A stretch of DNA of 64,000 nucleotides from Dehalococcoidia bacterium (lineage in GTDB: Bacteria > Chloroflexota > Dehalococcoidia > GIF9 > AB-539-J10): the NCBI GenBank assembly GCA_034414555.1, contig DAOUMA010000008.1, forward strand, positions 78,560-142,559. Direction: 5' to 3'. Below are positions 26,388-37,872 of the stretch, one piece after another. The notes under the pieces are model-generated. The model made no database searches and had not been told where the DNA came from. It saw only the letters and a list, made by a program, of their open reading frames with translations. The position numbers and the translations under genes were made by a program. Each line of letters opens with the position of its first letter. Positions within the stretch are counted from its first letter, which is position 1.

Positions 26388-27983
26388 TTAGTCTTTTTTC
26401 AACATTTCGGAAATCTCTTTCTTTAAAGCCATCTTATCCACCTTGCCATTGGACAAAAGAGGCAATAACTGGCGTATGAAGAATCTTTTGGGGACCTTAA
26501 AGTTGGCTAATTTGGATTTGCACAGGTCTCGCAATTCCTCTTCCGTCGTGGTTTTGCCAGGTATCAGCATGACAAAGGCCCACCCCACTTCCTGATAAAT
26601 TTCGTCAGACACCCCTATTACAGCAGCAAAGAGTATACTGTCATGTGATTCCAGTGTATCTTCTATCTCACGCGGATAGACATTTTCTCCGCCAGTTTTA
26701 AACATCTCAGACGCCCTCCCGGTGATATAGATGTATCCTCTCTTGTCCTTACGGGCGAGGTCAGAGGTATAATACCAGCCCTGTTCATCAATCACCTCGG
26801 CTGTGGCCTCTGGTTTATTGAAGTATCCTTTCATAAGGAAAGGACCCCTCACAGCGATCTCTCCTATCTTGCCATCCGGGAGTTCCCTGCGATTCTCATC
26901 CACAATCTTGAGCTCAAATGGTGGAGCAATCTTTCCGGCGCTCTTCATCACCGTTTCCATATCATCTCCTGCCTCGGTGTAAGTGACAAATCCCGCTACC
27001 TCAGTACTTCCATACCCGGTGAGTAATTTCGCACCGGTCTTTTTACAGATACTACTGAGCACATCAATCATGACTTTTGGTGCCGCAGCTCCAGCCCATA
27101 CAAATCCTTCGATGCTGCTGAAATCAGTGTTAAAAAAGTCAGGTTGTCTGAATTCTAACAGGAACATAACAGGGACCTGACCAAGTGCGGTTATGCGTTC
27201 CTTTTCTATTACCTTCAAAGTTGCAGCGGGGTCGAATTTGTCCATCAAAACGAGACAGCCACCTTGCATTATCGCAGCAACCCCTATCTCGGTATCAGCA
27301 GCTACATGATTTATGGGGAAATGCAGCAGTGCCCTGCTTGTCTCTGCAAAGTAAAACTTTTCCACCTCAACCTTTATGTTCTCAACAATGCTCTTGTGGG
27401 TATGAACCACACCTTTAGGCTTGCCTGTAGAACCAGAGGTGTACAATAAAAGGGCTTCATCGTCATCACTGACCTCAGATACCCGTTTTTCAAGGGCTTC
27501 ATTTAGCTCCTGTCTTGGTTTTTCGGTGAATTCTGCAAAACTCTCAGTGCCTTCAAATGCCTCACCGATAACAAGAACCTTCTTCAGGCCGGAAAATTCT
27601 TTTATCAAGGCCTTTATGTTTTCCGAAAGGTCATTGCCGAGGTATTCTCGAAGTGTGATGAGCATTGTGGGTTGGCTATCTCCAATCTGATACCGAAGCT
27701 CATCCAGGGTAAACTTGGGTGATAGGCCCAGCCATACGGCGCCAACCTTGCCGGCTGCCATGTAAGTGGTCAAGAATTCATTTCGTGCCATGGAAAGCAG
27801 GGCAACTCGGTCTCCCTTTTGCACCCCCACTTCAAGGTATGCCCTGGCTACACTGTCCATCTTTTTCTTGAAATCTCTCCAGGAAAGCCTCTCATCCTCA
27901 AACACGAGAGCTTCAGCCTCTGGTTTCTTTTCGGCCCATTTTTCCACAAAATGCCAGGCTCGAGTTAAGTCTTTCCAGCTCAT
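26388..27983 (-). CDS. AMP-forming acyl-CoA synthetase / fatty-acid-CoA ligase
   Basis: LLYTSGSTGKPKGV (AMP-binding P-loop) and the GYGSTE motif. Confidence 0.85.
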   Translation of the reverse strand: MSWKDLTRAWHFVEKWAEKKPEAEALVFEDERLSWRDFKKKMDSVARAYLEVGVQKGDRVALLSMARNEFLTTYMAAGKVGAVWLGLSPKFTLDELRYQIGDSQPTMLITLREYLGNDLSENIKALIKEFSGLKKVLVIGEAFEGTESFAEFTEKPRQELNEALEKRVSEVSDDDEALLLYTSGSTGKPKGVVHTHKSIVENIKVEVEKFYFAETSRALLHFPINHVAADTEIGVAAIMQGGCLVLMDKFDPAATLKVIEKERITALGQVPVMFLLEFRQPDFFNTDFSSIEGFVWAGAAAPKVMIDVLSSICKKTGAKLLTGYGSTEVAGFVTYTEAGDDMETVMKSAGKIAPPFELKIVDENRRELPDGKIGEIAVRGPFLMKGYFNKPEATAEVIDEQGWYYTSDLARKDKRGYIYITGRASEMFKTGGENVYPREIEDTLESHDSILFAAVIGVSDEIYQEVGWAFVMLIPGKTTTEEELRDLCKSKLANFKVPKRFFIRQLLPLLSNGKVDKMALKKEISEMLKKD

Positions 27984-27997
27984 ACTATCCTCCTTTT

Positions 27998-28933
27998 TTA
28001 TTTTTCCAGCCTTGCATAGCCATCGCTTATAGCCTTCTTCCCCTCAGCGTTTAGAACAACAAAGAACAGGTCTATGCCATCACTATTGTCGTCCTTTTTG
28101 ATAAGTTGCACCTTTATATTTGTCCCGGGCAAGACCATACTGCTAAATCGGCAATACAGGCATTTCAGTGTAAGCGGGTTTCCACCTGCTTCCCTGTTGA
28201 TAAGCTCGCGCACAGCATAGGCAAGGGTAGCTGTACCCTGTAAAATTCTTCCGGGAAGCCCTACTTGATGAGCAAACTTAACAGAGGTGTGTATTGGGAA
28301 AATGATTCTGGTACAGCCATCATATATAAATGAGGCAAGGGGTTCTATCGGGATAACCGATTCCCAGATGGGGACATTATCTCCGGTATGTCTGGGAACT
28401 CCGGGAAGAGCTTCTTCGCCTCTGCCCTCGTCGGTACACTCGACTCCTCGCAGCATACCTCCAATGTGCTCTGTGAAAACAGGTTTGCCTTCCTTATCGA
28501 AGGCATCAAGGCGGGTAACAATGTGAGTACCCGCCTTATGAGGCAGGATGGCGGCAATCTTGCCCTTTATGCTTAGCTCATCTCCTGGTGCTATCGGGCG
28601 ATAAAATTTCAGGTGCTCCGTATAATGTACCAGGGTGAATATAATCTCTTTGGGAAAATCCTGGACCTCGATGTAATCCCAGAATCTCTCAGATATTGGC
28701 CATGTCACCGCCACACTAAACATTGGAGGCGCAATGACCCCCTCTGTGCGCTCGTCATCCAGATAACAGGGATTATTATCACCGATAGCGGCGGCATAAT
28801 TCATGGTGTCACGCCAGGTTATCTCAGTTTTATAGTCTTTTAATCTAGCCCCGACGAACTTTGAAGAGACCTCCATTGTATCTCCTGCGCTTCTCATATT
28901 GTAGCTTGTTACGAATGTTATTGCATTTTTCAT
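27998..28933 (-). CDS. MaoC-like double hot-dog (R)-specific enoyl-CoA hydratase/dehydratase
   Basis: 311 aa. Hot-dog fold signatures. Adjacent to the acyl-CoA synthetase. Confidence 0.6.
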   Translation of the reverse strand: MKNAITFVTSYNMRSAGDTMEVSSKFVGARLKDYKTEITWRDTMNYAAAIGDNNPCYLDDERTEGVIAPPMFSVAVTWPISERFWDYIEVQDFPKEIIFTLVHYTEHLKFYRPIAPGDELSIKGKIAAILPHKAGTHIVTRLDAFDKEGKPVFTEHIGGMLRGVECTDEGRGEEALPGVPRHTGDNVPIWESVIPIEPLASFIYDGCTRIIFPIHTSVKFAHQVGLPGRILQGTATLAYAVRELINREAGGNPLTLKCLYCRFSSMVLPGTNIKVQLIKKDDNSDGIDLFFVVLNAEGKKAISDGYARLEK

Positions 28934-28991
28934 GCAATCTCAACCTGGTGAAGGTTGGAAGTCCTCTCTGAGCCTGAATACTGCCGGGGAA

Positions 28992-29037
28992 AATTTGGGG
29001 GTTAATAAACAATCTCTGTACAGAGATTGTTTATTAA
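28992..29037. repeat. Perfect 46-bp palindrome (gttaataaacaatctctgta|cagagattgtttattaac)
   Basis: Exact reverse-complement symmetry. It abuts the MITE-like element. Confidence 0.7.
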
Positions 29038-29174
29038 CCTATCCCCCTGACTCCCTTCCCTTAGCAAGGGAAGGGGGAGTGCAGGTAAGAGAGGGGTGAA
29101 ACCCCTCTCTATAAATCTCTTCCCTCTCCTTTGAAGGAGGGGGGATAAAGAGGGTGAGGTTAGTAAACACTCTC
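29027..29174 (+). repeat. Hairpin-rich, approximately 150-bp MITE/REP-like element, copy 1
   Basis: About 90% identical to the reverse complement of 37873-38027. Several internal stem-loops (cccttcccttagcaagggaaggg; gaggggtgaaacccctc; ctctcctttgaaggagag). Confidence 0.7.
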
Positions 29175-29318
29175 GGTACATCGTGTTGACAGAGAAGACG
29201 CCGTTATATTAAACTTCCATCTTTGACATGGGTTATTTTAACCAGCGAGAGACGTAAGTATGGGCACTTACATTTAGAGTGAGTGCCCTTATTTTTGTGC
29301 TTATTTAGAATGGAGGTT

Positions 29319-31526
29319 ATGATGTCACAAATTCCGGGAATTTTCTGGCTGGTGGTGATAGGCGGGGGTATAGGCATTATTTTTGCCTTACTCCTAATAA
29401 GGTATATCCTGCGCGCTGATTCGGGAACAGCAGCGATGCAGGATGTCAATGCCATGATCACGGAGGGTGCCTGGGCCTTCATCAGACGCCAATATTCCAC
29501 CATCGGCATAACTGCTGTTGTGGTAGCAGTGCTAATTGGCGTCCTGCTCGGCAAGCTGAGTAGCCCTGCAGAGCTGGAGATGCTGGGAGTGTCGGCTTTT
29601 GGCTTGGGGTGGAGAACGGCGGTTGCCTTTCTCGTCGGCGGTATGTGCTCCTGCGTTTCTGGAATTGTGGGCATGTGGATTGCGGTCAAGTCAAATGTTC
29701 GCTGTGCTGCTGCCTCTCATCATGGCTTAAATGCGGCTATAAGAGTAGCGCTGCGCGGTGGAGCAGTTTCTGGCTTTCTCATTGTTGCCTTGAGCTTGCT
29801 CGGAGTAACAGCAATATTTTTTGCCTTTGGAGGAGCTACTCATCCTGAAATTGCTCCTCACATTATTGTTGGTTTTGGTTTTGGTGCCAGTATGGTCGCC
29901 CTTTTCGCCCAGCTTGGCGGTGGTATCTACACCAAGGCTGCTGATATGGGCGCTGACCTTGCCGGTAAAGTTGAGGCGGGGATTCCTGAAGATGACCCCC
30001 GCAATGCCGCGGTAATTGCTGACCAGGTCGGTGATAATGTTGGTGACTGCGCTGGTCGTGGTGCCGACCTCTTTGAATCCACAGCAGCAGAAAACATCGG
30101 CGCCATGATAATAGGTGTGGCTTTGTATGCCATCTCCATAAAGGCGGGGGTTGCTCCGCTTGTCGCTGTGGGCTGGGTGCTCTTCCCGCTCATCATTCGT
30201 GGCTGCGGTATTGTTGCCAGCATGTTCGGCATTTTAGGCGTGCACAGCCGCAGCGAAGAAGAGGACCCTATGACTGCTCTCAACCGTGGCTATTTTATCG
30301 CCCTGGCTCTCTGTGCCGTGGCGATGTTTGCTATCTGCAAAGTGATGTTCAGCTCTATGTGCTCAGGATGGCTGTGGCTTATGGGGGCTGGTTTTGTTGG
30401 CATAGTAACCAGCGTAATTGTAGTCTATGTTACTCAGTATTACACTGAATCCAGATATAACCCGACAAGAAGTATTGCGGAAGCCTGCCGCACTGGTCCA
30501 GCGACCACCGTTGTTACCGGCTTGTCGGTGGGATTCGAGACCATCATGCCTACGGCGCTCATTATCTCTGTTGCTCTTGCGGTCACATATTGGTTTGGCA
30601 CACAATCAGGGTTAAACCTTCCCTGGTGGGTAGGCGGCGCTTACGGCACTGCAGTAGCTACCATGGGTATGCTGATGACCTGTCCCTTCATTCTGGCTGA
30701 AGATACTTTTGGTCCGATAACCGACAATGCCAACGGAATCAACGAGTTCACTCACGCCGGTGGCGAGATAAGGCGAGTTACCGACCATCTTGATGCTACC
30801 GGCAATACCACCAAAGCTCTAACCAAGGGATATGCCATGGTATCGGCAGGACTGGCTGGCTTCCTTCTCTTTCAAGCTTACTTTGACAGGGTCCTGCTCT
30901 TTCAAGGCAAGGCGGGAGTGCCGTTCAGTATAGACCTTGTTTTTCCTGAGGTTCTTATTGGCGCTATTCTTGCCATCATGATGGTCTTTCTTTTCAGCTC
31001 CTGGGGGCTTAGGTCAGTAGGAAAGGCAGCAAGTGGGATTATTGAAGAAGTGCGTCGTCAAATCAAGGCTGACCCTGGCATAATGGCGGGAACCTCAAGA
31101 CCCAATTATGGCCGGGCAGTCGACATTACTACAAAGGCAGCATTAAAGGGAATGGTTGCCCCGGGATTGCTTCCCGTGCTTCTCCCCATAGTTATTGGAG
31201 TCGCCTTTAGATTCATACCAGGCTACAATGCTCCTATGGCAGTAGGTGCCTTCCTTATGGTAGGTACTTTCTCTGCTATTCTTATGGCTTCCTTCATGAA
31301 TAACGGTGGCGGTGCCTGGGATAATGCCAAGAAGTATATCGAGGATGGGCAACTCAAGGATGAAGCTGGGAATGTCATCCTCAAAGGTTCACCGATACAC
31401 GCTGCTGGTGTCGTTGGTGACACTGTTGGTGACCCTCTTAAAGACACCGTGGGGCCTTCATTACATATTGTAGCTAAGCTTATAGCTACGGTAACACTGG
31501 TGCTTTGTCCCCTGTGGATTATTTAG
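29319..31526 (+). CDS. hppA: Membrane-bound proton/sodium-translocating pyrophosphatase
   Basis: GGG.AL..Q / DNVGDCAGRGADLFES / GDTVGDPLKD signature motifs. Many TM helices. Likely start MMSQ at 29319-29322 after a GGAGG SD. Confidence 0.9.
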   Translation: MMSQIPGIFWLVVIGGGIGIIFALLLIRYILRADSGTAAMQDVNAMITEGAWAFIRRQYSTIGITAVVVAVLIGVLLGKLSSPAELEMLGVSAFGLGWRTAVAFLVGGMCSCVSGIVGMWIAVKSNVRCAAASHHGLNAAIRVALRGGAVSGFLIVALSLLGVTAIFFAFGGATHPEIAPHIIVGFGFGASMVALFAQLGGGIYTKAADMGADLAGKVEAGIPEDDPRNAAVIADQVGDNVGDCAGRGADLFESTAAENIGAMIIGVALYAISIKAGVAPLVAVGWVLFPLIIRGCGIVASMFGILGVHSRSEEEDPMTALNRGYFIALALCAVAMFAICKVMFSSMCSGWLWLMGAGFVGIVTSVIVVYVTQYYTESRYNPTRSIAEACRTGPATTVVTGLSVGFETIMPTALIISVALAVTYWFGTQSGLNLPWWVGGAYGTAVATMGMLMTCPFILAEDTFGPITDNANGINEFTHAGGEIRRVTDHLDATGNTTKALTKGYAMVSAGLAGFLLFQAYFDRVLLFQGKAGVPFSIDLVFPEVLIGAILAIMMVFLFSSWGLRSVGKAASGIIEEVRRQIKADPGIMAGTSRPNYGRAVDITTKAALKGMVAPGLLPVLLPIVIGVAFRFIPGYNAPMAVGAFLMVGTFSAILMASFMNNGGGAWDNAKKYIEDGQLKDEAGNVILKGSPIHAAGVVGDTVGDPLKDTVGPSLHIVAKLIATVTLVLCPLWII

Positions 31527-31582
31527 AATTAGACTATAGCAAACTTTTTAAGAAGTCTGGCATGGTGCTAAAATAAAGCATC

Positions 31583-34459
31583 ATGCCAGATGCCATATTT
31601 ATCAAAGGTGCCAGGGAGCACAATCTTAAGAATATAGACGTCGTCATTCCCCGGAATAAGCTGGTGGTCATCACCGGTGTTTCCGGAAGTGGCAAGAGCT
31701 CGCTGGCTTTTGACACCATATATGCTGAGGGGCAACGCCGCTATGTGGAGTCCCTTTCCGCCTATGCCCGACAGTTTCTGGGGCAGATGGAGAAGCCTGA
31801 CGTGGATTATATTGAAGGGCTTAGCCCGGCCATCTCGATTGACCAAAAAGGACCGCCGCACAATCCCCGTTCCATTGTGGGCACCATTACTGAAATCTAT
31901 GATTATTTGAGGCTTCTCTTTGCCCGCATCGGGCATCCTCACTGCCTTCAATGTGGGCGAGAGATTTCTCGTCAGACAGTGCAGCAAATTGTAGATTCGG
32001 TGAACAAAATACCCGAGGGCAGCCGAATTATGATACTCGCCCCGCTGGTCAGGGACCGTAAGGGCGAGCATCAGGGAATATTCCGGGATTTGCAGAAAGC
32101 GGGCTTTGTCCGTGTCAGGGTCGATGGCGAAATTCATGACCTTTCTGAAGAATTCCAGCTTGATAAATATAAAAAGCATTCCATTGAAGTAGTGGTTGAT
32201 CGGTTGCAGGTAGGTGGAACGGAGAATGCCAGTCGGCTGGCCGATTCCGTTGAGACAGCGCTAAAGCTGGGCTCAGGTATAGTACTAATCTCCATTATCG
32301 ATGGCGAGGAGCGGCTTTTCTCGGAGCATTTTGCCTGTCCTTATTGCAACGTCAGTCTGGGGGAAATTGCCCCACGAACTTTCAGCTTCAATAGTCCCCA
32401 TGGTGCCTGTCCTGCCTGCACTGGACTGGGCTGTAACCTGGAAATCGACCCTGGCTTTGTCATTCCTGATAAAGAGCTAAGCCTGGCGGAAGGTGCTATC
32501 CAGCCGTGGGGTCGGAGTGGGCAGATGAGCACCTGGTATGGTAGCATACTTGAAGCTCTAGCTCACCGCCATGGCTTTTCTCTGGATACGCCGGTTAGGG
32601 AGCTAAGTGCAGACCAGCTCCACCTGATACTTTATGGTGATGGCGGCGAAACTGTTCCCGCAGTTTATGAAGACCACTATGGTCACTTCCGACATTATTA
32701 CACTGAGTTTGAAGGCGTTATCCCTCATCTGGAGCGTCGTTATAAAGAGACTGAATCCGATAACGTTAAAACAGCCATTGAGAGGTACATGTCGTCCACT
32801 CCCTGTCCAGTATGCCATGGAAAGAGACTTAAGCCGGAATCTTTAGCGGTCACCATCATGGGGGACAACATCATGGATGTTACCGATATGTTTGTTACCC
32901 AGGCTCTAGAATGGGTAGACAGACTTGTGGACGAGATTACCCCTCGTGAGCTTACCATAGCCCGCCAGATCATCAAGGAGCTCCATGCTCGTTTAAATTT
33001 CCTCGTTGATATCGGGTTGGGCTATTTAACCCTGGGCAGAGCTTCATCAACCCTGAGTGGCGGTGAGGCGCAAAGAATTCGCCTGGCTACCCAGATTGGC
33101 AGTGGATTAATCGGTGTTCTCTACATCTGCGATGAGCCCACAGTGGGGCTGCATCCTGCCGATGGCTCCCGGCTAATAACAACGCTAAAGTACCTCAGGG
33201 ATTTAGGCAATACTGTGATTATTGTGGAACATGATGAAGCGGTGATGAAGGCTGCCGACTACATCATTGATATGGGACCTGGTGCGGGGAAGCAGGGAGG
33301 GGAAATCGTGGCTACAGGGCAGATTAGCGATATTATGAGCTGTCCCCAATCGATAACCGGGCAATATTTAAGTGGGGTGAAGGAAATCCCCATGCCTCAG
33401 TGCCGGCGTCCCGGTTCAGGGAAGGAACTGGTGATTAAGGGAGCTAGAGAGAATAACTTGAAGAGCATCGATGTCCACATTCCTCTGGGCAAGTTTGTTT
33501 GCATCACCGGCGTTTCGGGAAGCGGTAAAAGCACTCTTATTGGTGAGGTGTTATACAAAAAGCTGGCACAGTTGTTTTACCGGGCTAAAGACAGACCAGG
33601 TAAGTGCGAGGGCATTATTGGCATTGAGCATATTGATAAGGTGATTAACATTGACCAGTCACCGATAGGTCGCACACCGCGGAGCAATCCCGCCACCTAT
33701 ACCGGGACATTTACCCCTATTCGTGAACTCTTTGCCTCTGTTCCTGAAGCAAGGATGCGTGGTTACCCAGCAGGGCGGTTTTCGTTCAACGTAAAAGGGG
33801 GGAGGTGTGAAGCCTGTCAGGGAGCCGGTTATGTTCAAATCGAGATGCAGTTCCTTCCCAATGTCTCCGTCCCCTGTGACATATGCAAAGGGAAACGATA
33901 TAACCGTGAGGCACTGGAGATTAAATTTAAGGGGAAGAACATTGCTGAAATTCTGGAGCTGACTGTGGATGAAGCTCTGGAATTTTTCGACCATTTCCCC
34001 CAGGTTAAGCGGAAGCTGGAAACTCTCAAGGATGTCGGTCTGGGGTATATTTGTTTGGGGCAGCCAGCACCTACTCTTTCTGGTGGTGAGGCGCAGCGGG
34101 TGAAATTAGCTACTGAGCTCTCACGTCGTTCCACGGGCAAAACGCTCTATATACTTGACGAACCAACTACCGGCCTTTCCTTCCCCGATGTTGCCGCTCT
34201 TCTTCAAGTGCTGCAGCGGTTGGTTGATTACGGCAACACGGTCATCATTATTGAGCACCATCTGGATGTAATCAAAAACACTGACTGGGTTATTGACCTT
34301 GGTCCCGGAGCCGGTGACGAAGGAGGCTACATTGTAGCTACTGGTACACCGGAGGAAATAGCCGGGGCAGAGGGCTCCTTTACTGGTAATTATCTTCGTG
34401 GTATGCTATCATCGGTATACCACCACGAGCGAACCAAGGCAAATTCAATTAAGCTATGA
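31583..34459 (+). CDS. uvrA: Excinuclease ABC subunit A
   Basis: Two ABC ATPase modules ([12 protein letters not shown]...; [10 protein letters not shown]...) and zinc-finger Cys clusters. 958 aa. Confidence 0.95.
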   Translation: MPDAIFIKGAREHNLKNIDVVIPRNKLVVITGVSGSGKSSLAFDTIYAEGQRRYVESLSAYARQFLGQMEKPDVDYIEGLSPAISIDQKGPPHNPRSIVGTITEIYDYLRLLFARIGHPHCLQCGREISRQTVQQIVDSVNKIPEGSRIMILAPLVRDRKGEHQGIFRDLQKAGFVRVRVDGEIHDLSEEFQLDKYKKHSIEVVVDRLQVGGTENASRLADSVETALKLGSGIVLISIIDGEERLFSEHFACPYCNVSLGEIAPRTFSFNSPHGACPACTGLGCNLEIDPGFVIPDKELSLAEGAIQPWGRSGQMSTWYGSILEALAHRHGFSLDTPVRELSADQLHLILYGDGGETVPAVYEDHYGHFRHYYTEFEGVIPHLERRYKETESDNVKTAIERYMSSTPCPVCHGKRLKPESLAVTIMGDNIMDVTDMFVTQALEWVDRLVDEITPRELTIARQIIKELHARLNFLVDIGLGYLTLGRASSTLSGGEAQRIRLATQIGSGLIGVLYICDEPTVGLHPADGSRLITTLKYLRDLGNTVIIVEHDEAVMKAADYIIDMGPGAGKQGGEIVATGQISDIMSCPQSITGQYLSGVKEIPMPQCRRPGSGKELVIKGARENNLKSIDVHIPLGKFVCITGVSGSGKSTLIGEVLYKKLAQLFYRAKDRPGKCEGIIGIEHIDKVINIDQSPIGRTPRSNPATYTGTFTPIRELFASVPEARMRGYPAGRFSFNVKGGRCEACQGAGYVQIEMQFLPNVSVPCDICKGKRYNREALEIKFKGKNIAEILELTVDEALEFFDHFPQVKRKLETLKDVGLGYICLGQPAPTLSGGEAQRVKLATELSRRSTGKTLYILDEPTTGLSFPDVAALLQVLQRLVDYGNTVIIIEHHLDVIKNTDWVIDLGPGAGDEGGYIVATGTPEEIAGAEGSFTGNYLRGMLSSVYHHERTKANSIKL

Positions 34460-35004
34460 ACAGGAGAGAGATTCTGAATTCGGTCAGAGCTAATGTTCAA
34501 GATGAAAACACCGTGAAACATATGCTGGCTACCGAGGCGATCATGCGCGCCCTGGCAAAAAGGCTCGGTGAAGATGAGGAGGAGTGGGGACTTACCGGGC
34601 TGCTGCACGATATAGACACGGAGCTGGTTGAAAATGACCTTAATACTCATGGTAAGTTAGGGGCTGACATTGCTGAGGAGCTCGGGGCTACTGAGGAAAT
34701 GGCTCATGCTATACTATGTCATAACGAAGCTCTCGGCGTTTCCAGGAAAATGAAGCTGGATAAAGGGCTCTTCTGTGTTGACCCCCTGACCGGGCTCATC
34801 ACTGCCTCTGCTCTAGTCCGTCCTGATAAACTGGGTGGACTGACCACTAAATCGGTGATGAAACACTTTCGTCAGCCAAGATTTGCTGCTGGAGCTAACC
34901 GAGAACAAATTGCTCAATGCAGCGAGCTCGGTCTTGAGCTGGAGGAATTCATCACTTTGGGCATTGAGGCAATGAAGGGCATCTCCTCAGAGCTGGGATT
35001 GTAA
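34456..35004 (+). CDS. HD-domain (HDIG-type) phosphohydrolase
   Basis: LLHDID motif. 182 aa. The start overlaps the uvrA stop. Confidence 0.65.
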   Translation: MNRREILNSVRANVQDENTVKHMLATEAIMRALAKRLGEDEEEWGLTGLLHDIDTELVENDLNTHGKLGADIAEELGATEEMAHAILCHNEALGVSRKMKLDKGLFCVDPLTGLITASALVRPDKLGGLTTKSVMKHFRQPRFAAGANREQIAQCSELGLELEEFITLGIEAMKGISSELGL

Positions 35005-35045
35005 TATCGCGGTCTTCCATAATAATTAGAGCAAATCAGGTTCCC

Positions 35046-35825
35046 ATGGGAAAATCGGAAATTGTGTATCTTGCCTTAATTCCTCTGGCTGTCCCTGAAA
35101 CAAGTCTCGTAGAAAAAGTAGCCGACATTATCGGGAAAGACCCTTACGGGACGAGGCTTCTCCTTGCCGGGAAGGTACCCAGGATAGTTGCTTATTACGA
35201 TAGTAAGCAGATGGCAGAGTCAGTCACCCAGGAGCTAAGGGATTTAGGACTTCTGCCGATTTTGTGCACAGATTCAGAGCTTTGCTGCTCTTCGGAAGGT
35301 TTTATCGCACACACTCTGGAATTGGAACAGGGATACGTTCTATTCTATGACCGAGGCGGGCAAAAACGGGAGGTGAAATCCGAGGACGTTTTCTTGATTA
35401 TCAAGGGCGGAAGGGAAACTTATGTAGTCAAGGAGAAGACTGAAATCACCAAGAAGTTTAGCCTGAGTATGACTATTTTAATGAATGGGATACCTATGTG
35501 GCGCACGGAAAAGAAACGAGTCAAGGTGATGTCCCCGACAACGGAATATTTTGCCCGGCTTTATACCCCAGAATCATCGGAGCCTGTGGTGAAGATATTC
35601 CACACTCAGATGGATTATTCATTCTTAAAAGGGGAAATGGCTTCTTCGTCCCTGGCAAATTTTAATATCGTGGTTACCAAGCTGCAACAAGCATTTCCTG
35701 GAGCGATTTTTGATGACAATTTGATGCGTGCCTCGATAAAGCAGCCTTACACACCCAGCGCTGTCGATGATGCTGAAATCAACTGCAAACTCCTCTATTT
35801 ACAATATCTAGCACTAAGGTCATAG
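35046..35825 (+). CDS. Hypothetical protein
   Basis: 259-aa ORF in an operon-like position after the HD-domain gene. No motif recognised. Confidence 0.4.
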   Translation: MGKSEIVYLALIPLAVPETSLVEKVADIIGKDPYGTRLLLAGKVPRIVAYYDSKQMAESVTQELRDLGLLPILCTDSELCCSSEGFIAHTLELEQGYVLFYDRGGQKREVKSEDVFLIIKGGRETYVVKEKTEITKKFSLSMTILMNGIPMWRTEKKRVKVMSPTTEYFARLYTPESSEPVVKIFHTQMDYSFLKGEMASSSLANFNIVVTKLQQAFPGAIFDDNLMRASIKQPYTPSAVDDAEINCKLLYLQYLALRS

Positions 35826-36089
35826 ATGCCAGAAGTTTTCTTCACTTAGCCTCTGTCGTGAATATTTAACAAGCTAGTGGATTGTTATTTTCCTTATACC
35901 GTATATATAGTCATTTGCGAAAATGGTTACACAAAAGTCATTGCGAGGCAGATGAAGTCAGCCGAAACAATCTTGGAAGTGGCAACGAGATTGCCACGCT
36001 TCGCTCGCAATGACCGGTAAAATTGTGTAGTGATTTATGCGGTTAACTATAAATGCAAGAATGAGAGGCCCTTTACTCTGTATTTAAGG

Positions 36090-37709
36090 TTATCCTTTTA
36101 ACTCGCCGGTAGCATACATCTTCCTCAGTTCTATTTTGTCGAATTTCCCGACGCTTGTCTTCGGTATTCCATCCATGAACACAAATTTGTCTGGTATCCA
36201 CCATGAGACCTTAACCTTGCCTTGTAGAAACTCTTTTAATTCATCCCCAGTCACAGTCTCACCTAGTCGGGGTACCACGCATGCCAGCGGCCTCTCCTGC
36301 CATTTAGGATGTGGAACCCCGATGACAGCAGCCTCTAGAACCTTTGGATGAGCCATTATGGCATCTTCAAGGTCAACCGATGATATCCACTCACCTCCAC
36401 TCTTAACCAGGTCCTTTGTCCGGTCCACAAGTCTCACATATCCCTCCTCATCTATGGTACCTACATCACCAGTGTGCAGCCATCCTCCTTCAAATGCAGG
36501 CTTGGAGCGCTCGGGGTCCTTGTAGTACTCTTTGGCTATCCATGGTCCTCTGAGCAATATCTCTCCCCATTCCTTGCCATCCCATTTGACCTCTTCACCC
36601 TTGTCGTTAACTAGCTTTATCTCAAGCCCCGCGGCAAGAAGCCCTCCGCTGGCTTTCACGTCATAGAGTTTATCCATAGGCCAGTCAGCCATGTAGCTTT
36701 TTGGTAAAGCTGCAGTGGCAAGTGGTGAGGTCTCGGTCATTCCGTATGCCTGCACGATTGGGAAGTTATATTTTTCGTTCAATCCTTCCATAAGATACCT
36801 CGGGACGGCTGATCCTCCGCTGAATATAGCCTTAAGTGATGAAAAGTCATGCCATCCACCTTTTTCCAGGTAATCATAGAGCATCATCCATATAGTGGGC
36901 ACTCCTGCGGTAAAGGTCACTTTTTCATCCGCTATTATCCGGCACAGCTTTTCCATGTTCAGCACTTCTCGTCCTGGAAAAACTTGCTTGCATCCTACCA
37001 GCATCCCGACAAAAGGGCCACCCCAGGCATTTGCATGGAACATGGGCACTATATGCAGTATGCAAGCATCTTCTGAACCTCCAAGTGTCACGGCTGCTGC
37101 GTAACTGTGTAATACAAGTCCCCTGTGTGTATACACAACCCCCTTAGGGTCACCGGTAGTTGCCGAGGTATAGCAGATAAAGGCAGGGTCCCACTCATCG
37201 AGGTCTTCCGGGAAATCGTAGGATTCCGGAAATTGTGAAATCAGTTCGTCATATAAACATACGGGTGAAATACTTGTCTCGGGGAGTTTACCGCTCTGAG
37301 ATAGGATGACAAATTGTTTGACCGTTTTTAACTGGTCCTTAATAGCCTCTATCAAGAATAGGAGATCCTCGTCTACAAACATAACCTTGTCCTCAGCATG
37401 GTTTATTATATAGACCATATGATGCTGGGGAAGCCTGGGGTTCACAGTATGGAGCACAGCCCCGATACACGGTACACCGAAGTAGAGTTCCATGTGCCGG
37501 TGGTTATTGAGGGCGAAGCTGGCTACTCTGTCTCCCTTTTTTACCCCCAGTGATTTCAGGGCATGAGCTAACTGACATGTCCTTTTAAAATAGTCTGCAT
37601 AGGTATAGCGGAAGGTCTCATTTGGATATGATGAGACAAGTTCTTTCTTTGGGAAAAATTTTGCAACTCTCAAAAGAAAAGTCCTCAGCAATAGCGGATA
37701 TTCCATCAT
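36090..37709 (-). CDS. AMP-forming acyl-CoA synthetase (medium/long-chain fatty-acid-CoA ligase-like)
   Basis: YTSATTGDPKGVVYTH AMP-binding motif and GYGMTE. Confidence 0.8.
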   Translation of the reverse strand: MMEYPLLLRTFLLRVAKFFPKKELVSSYPNETFRYTYADYFKRTCQLAHALKSLGVKKGDRVASFALNNHRHMELYFGVPCIGAVLHTVNPRLPQHHMVYIINHAEDKVMFVDEDLLFLIEAIKDQLKTVKQFVILSQSGKLPETSISPVCLYDELISQFPESYDFPEDLDEWDPAFICYTSATTGDPKGVVYTHRGLVLHSYAAAVTLGGSEDACILHIVPMFHANAWGGPFVGMLVGCKQVFPGREVLNMEKLCRIIADEKVTFTAGVPTIWMMLYDYLEKGGWHDFSSLKAIFSGGSAVPRYLMEGLNEKYNFPIVQAYGMTETSPLATAALPKSYMADWPMDKLYDVKASGGLLAAGLEIKLVNDKGEEVKWDGKEWGEILLRGPWIAKEYYKDPERSKPAFEGGWLHTGDVGTIDEEGYVRLVDRTKDLVKSGGEWISSVDLEDAIMAHPKVLEAAVIGVPHPKWQERPLACVVPRLGETVTGDELKEFLQGKVKVSWWIPDKFVFMDGIPKTSVGKFDKIELRKMYATGELKG

Positions 37710-37872
37710 GGCAATTCACCTCCTTATGTTCTATTTTGAGGCATTATAAAGGTTCTAGCTATGGTGATGTCAAGGTAGAACGGAATTTTTGGCTCTACGT
37801 GATATGTCTGCCACCCCTGTACCTGGCATTCATTCAGCCTTGAGTAAATTGTGAGGATATTTCATGTTCAAT

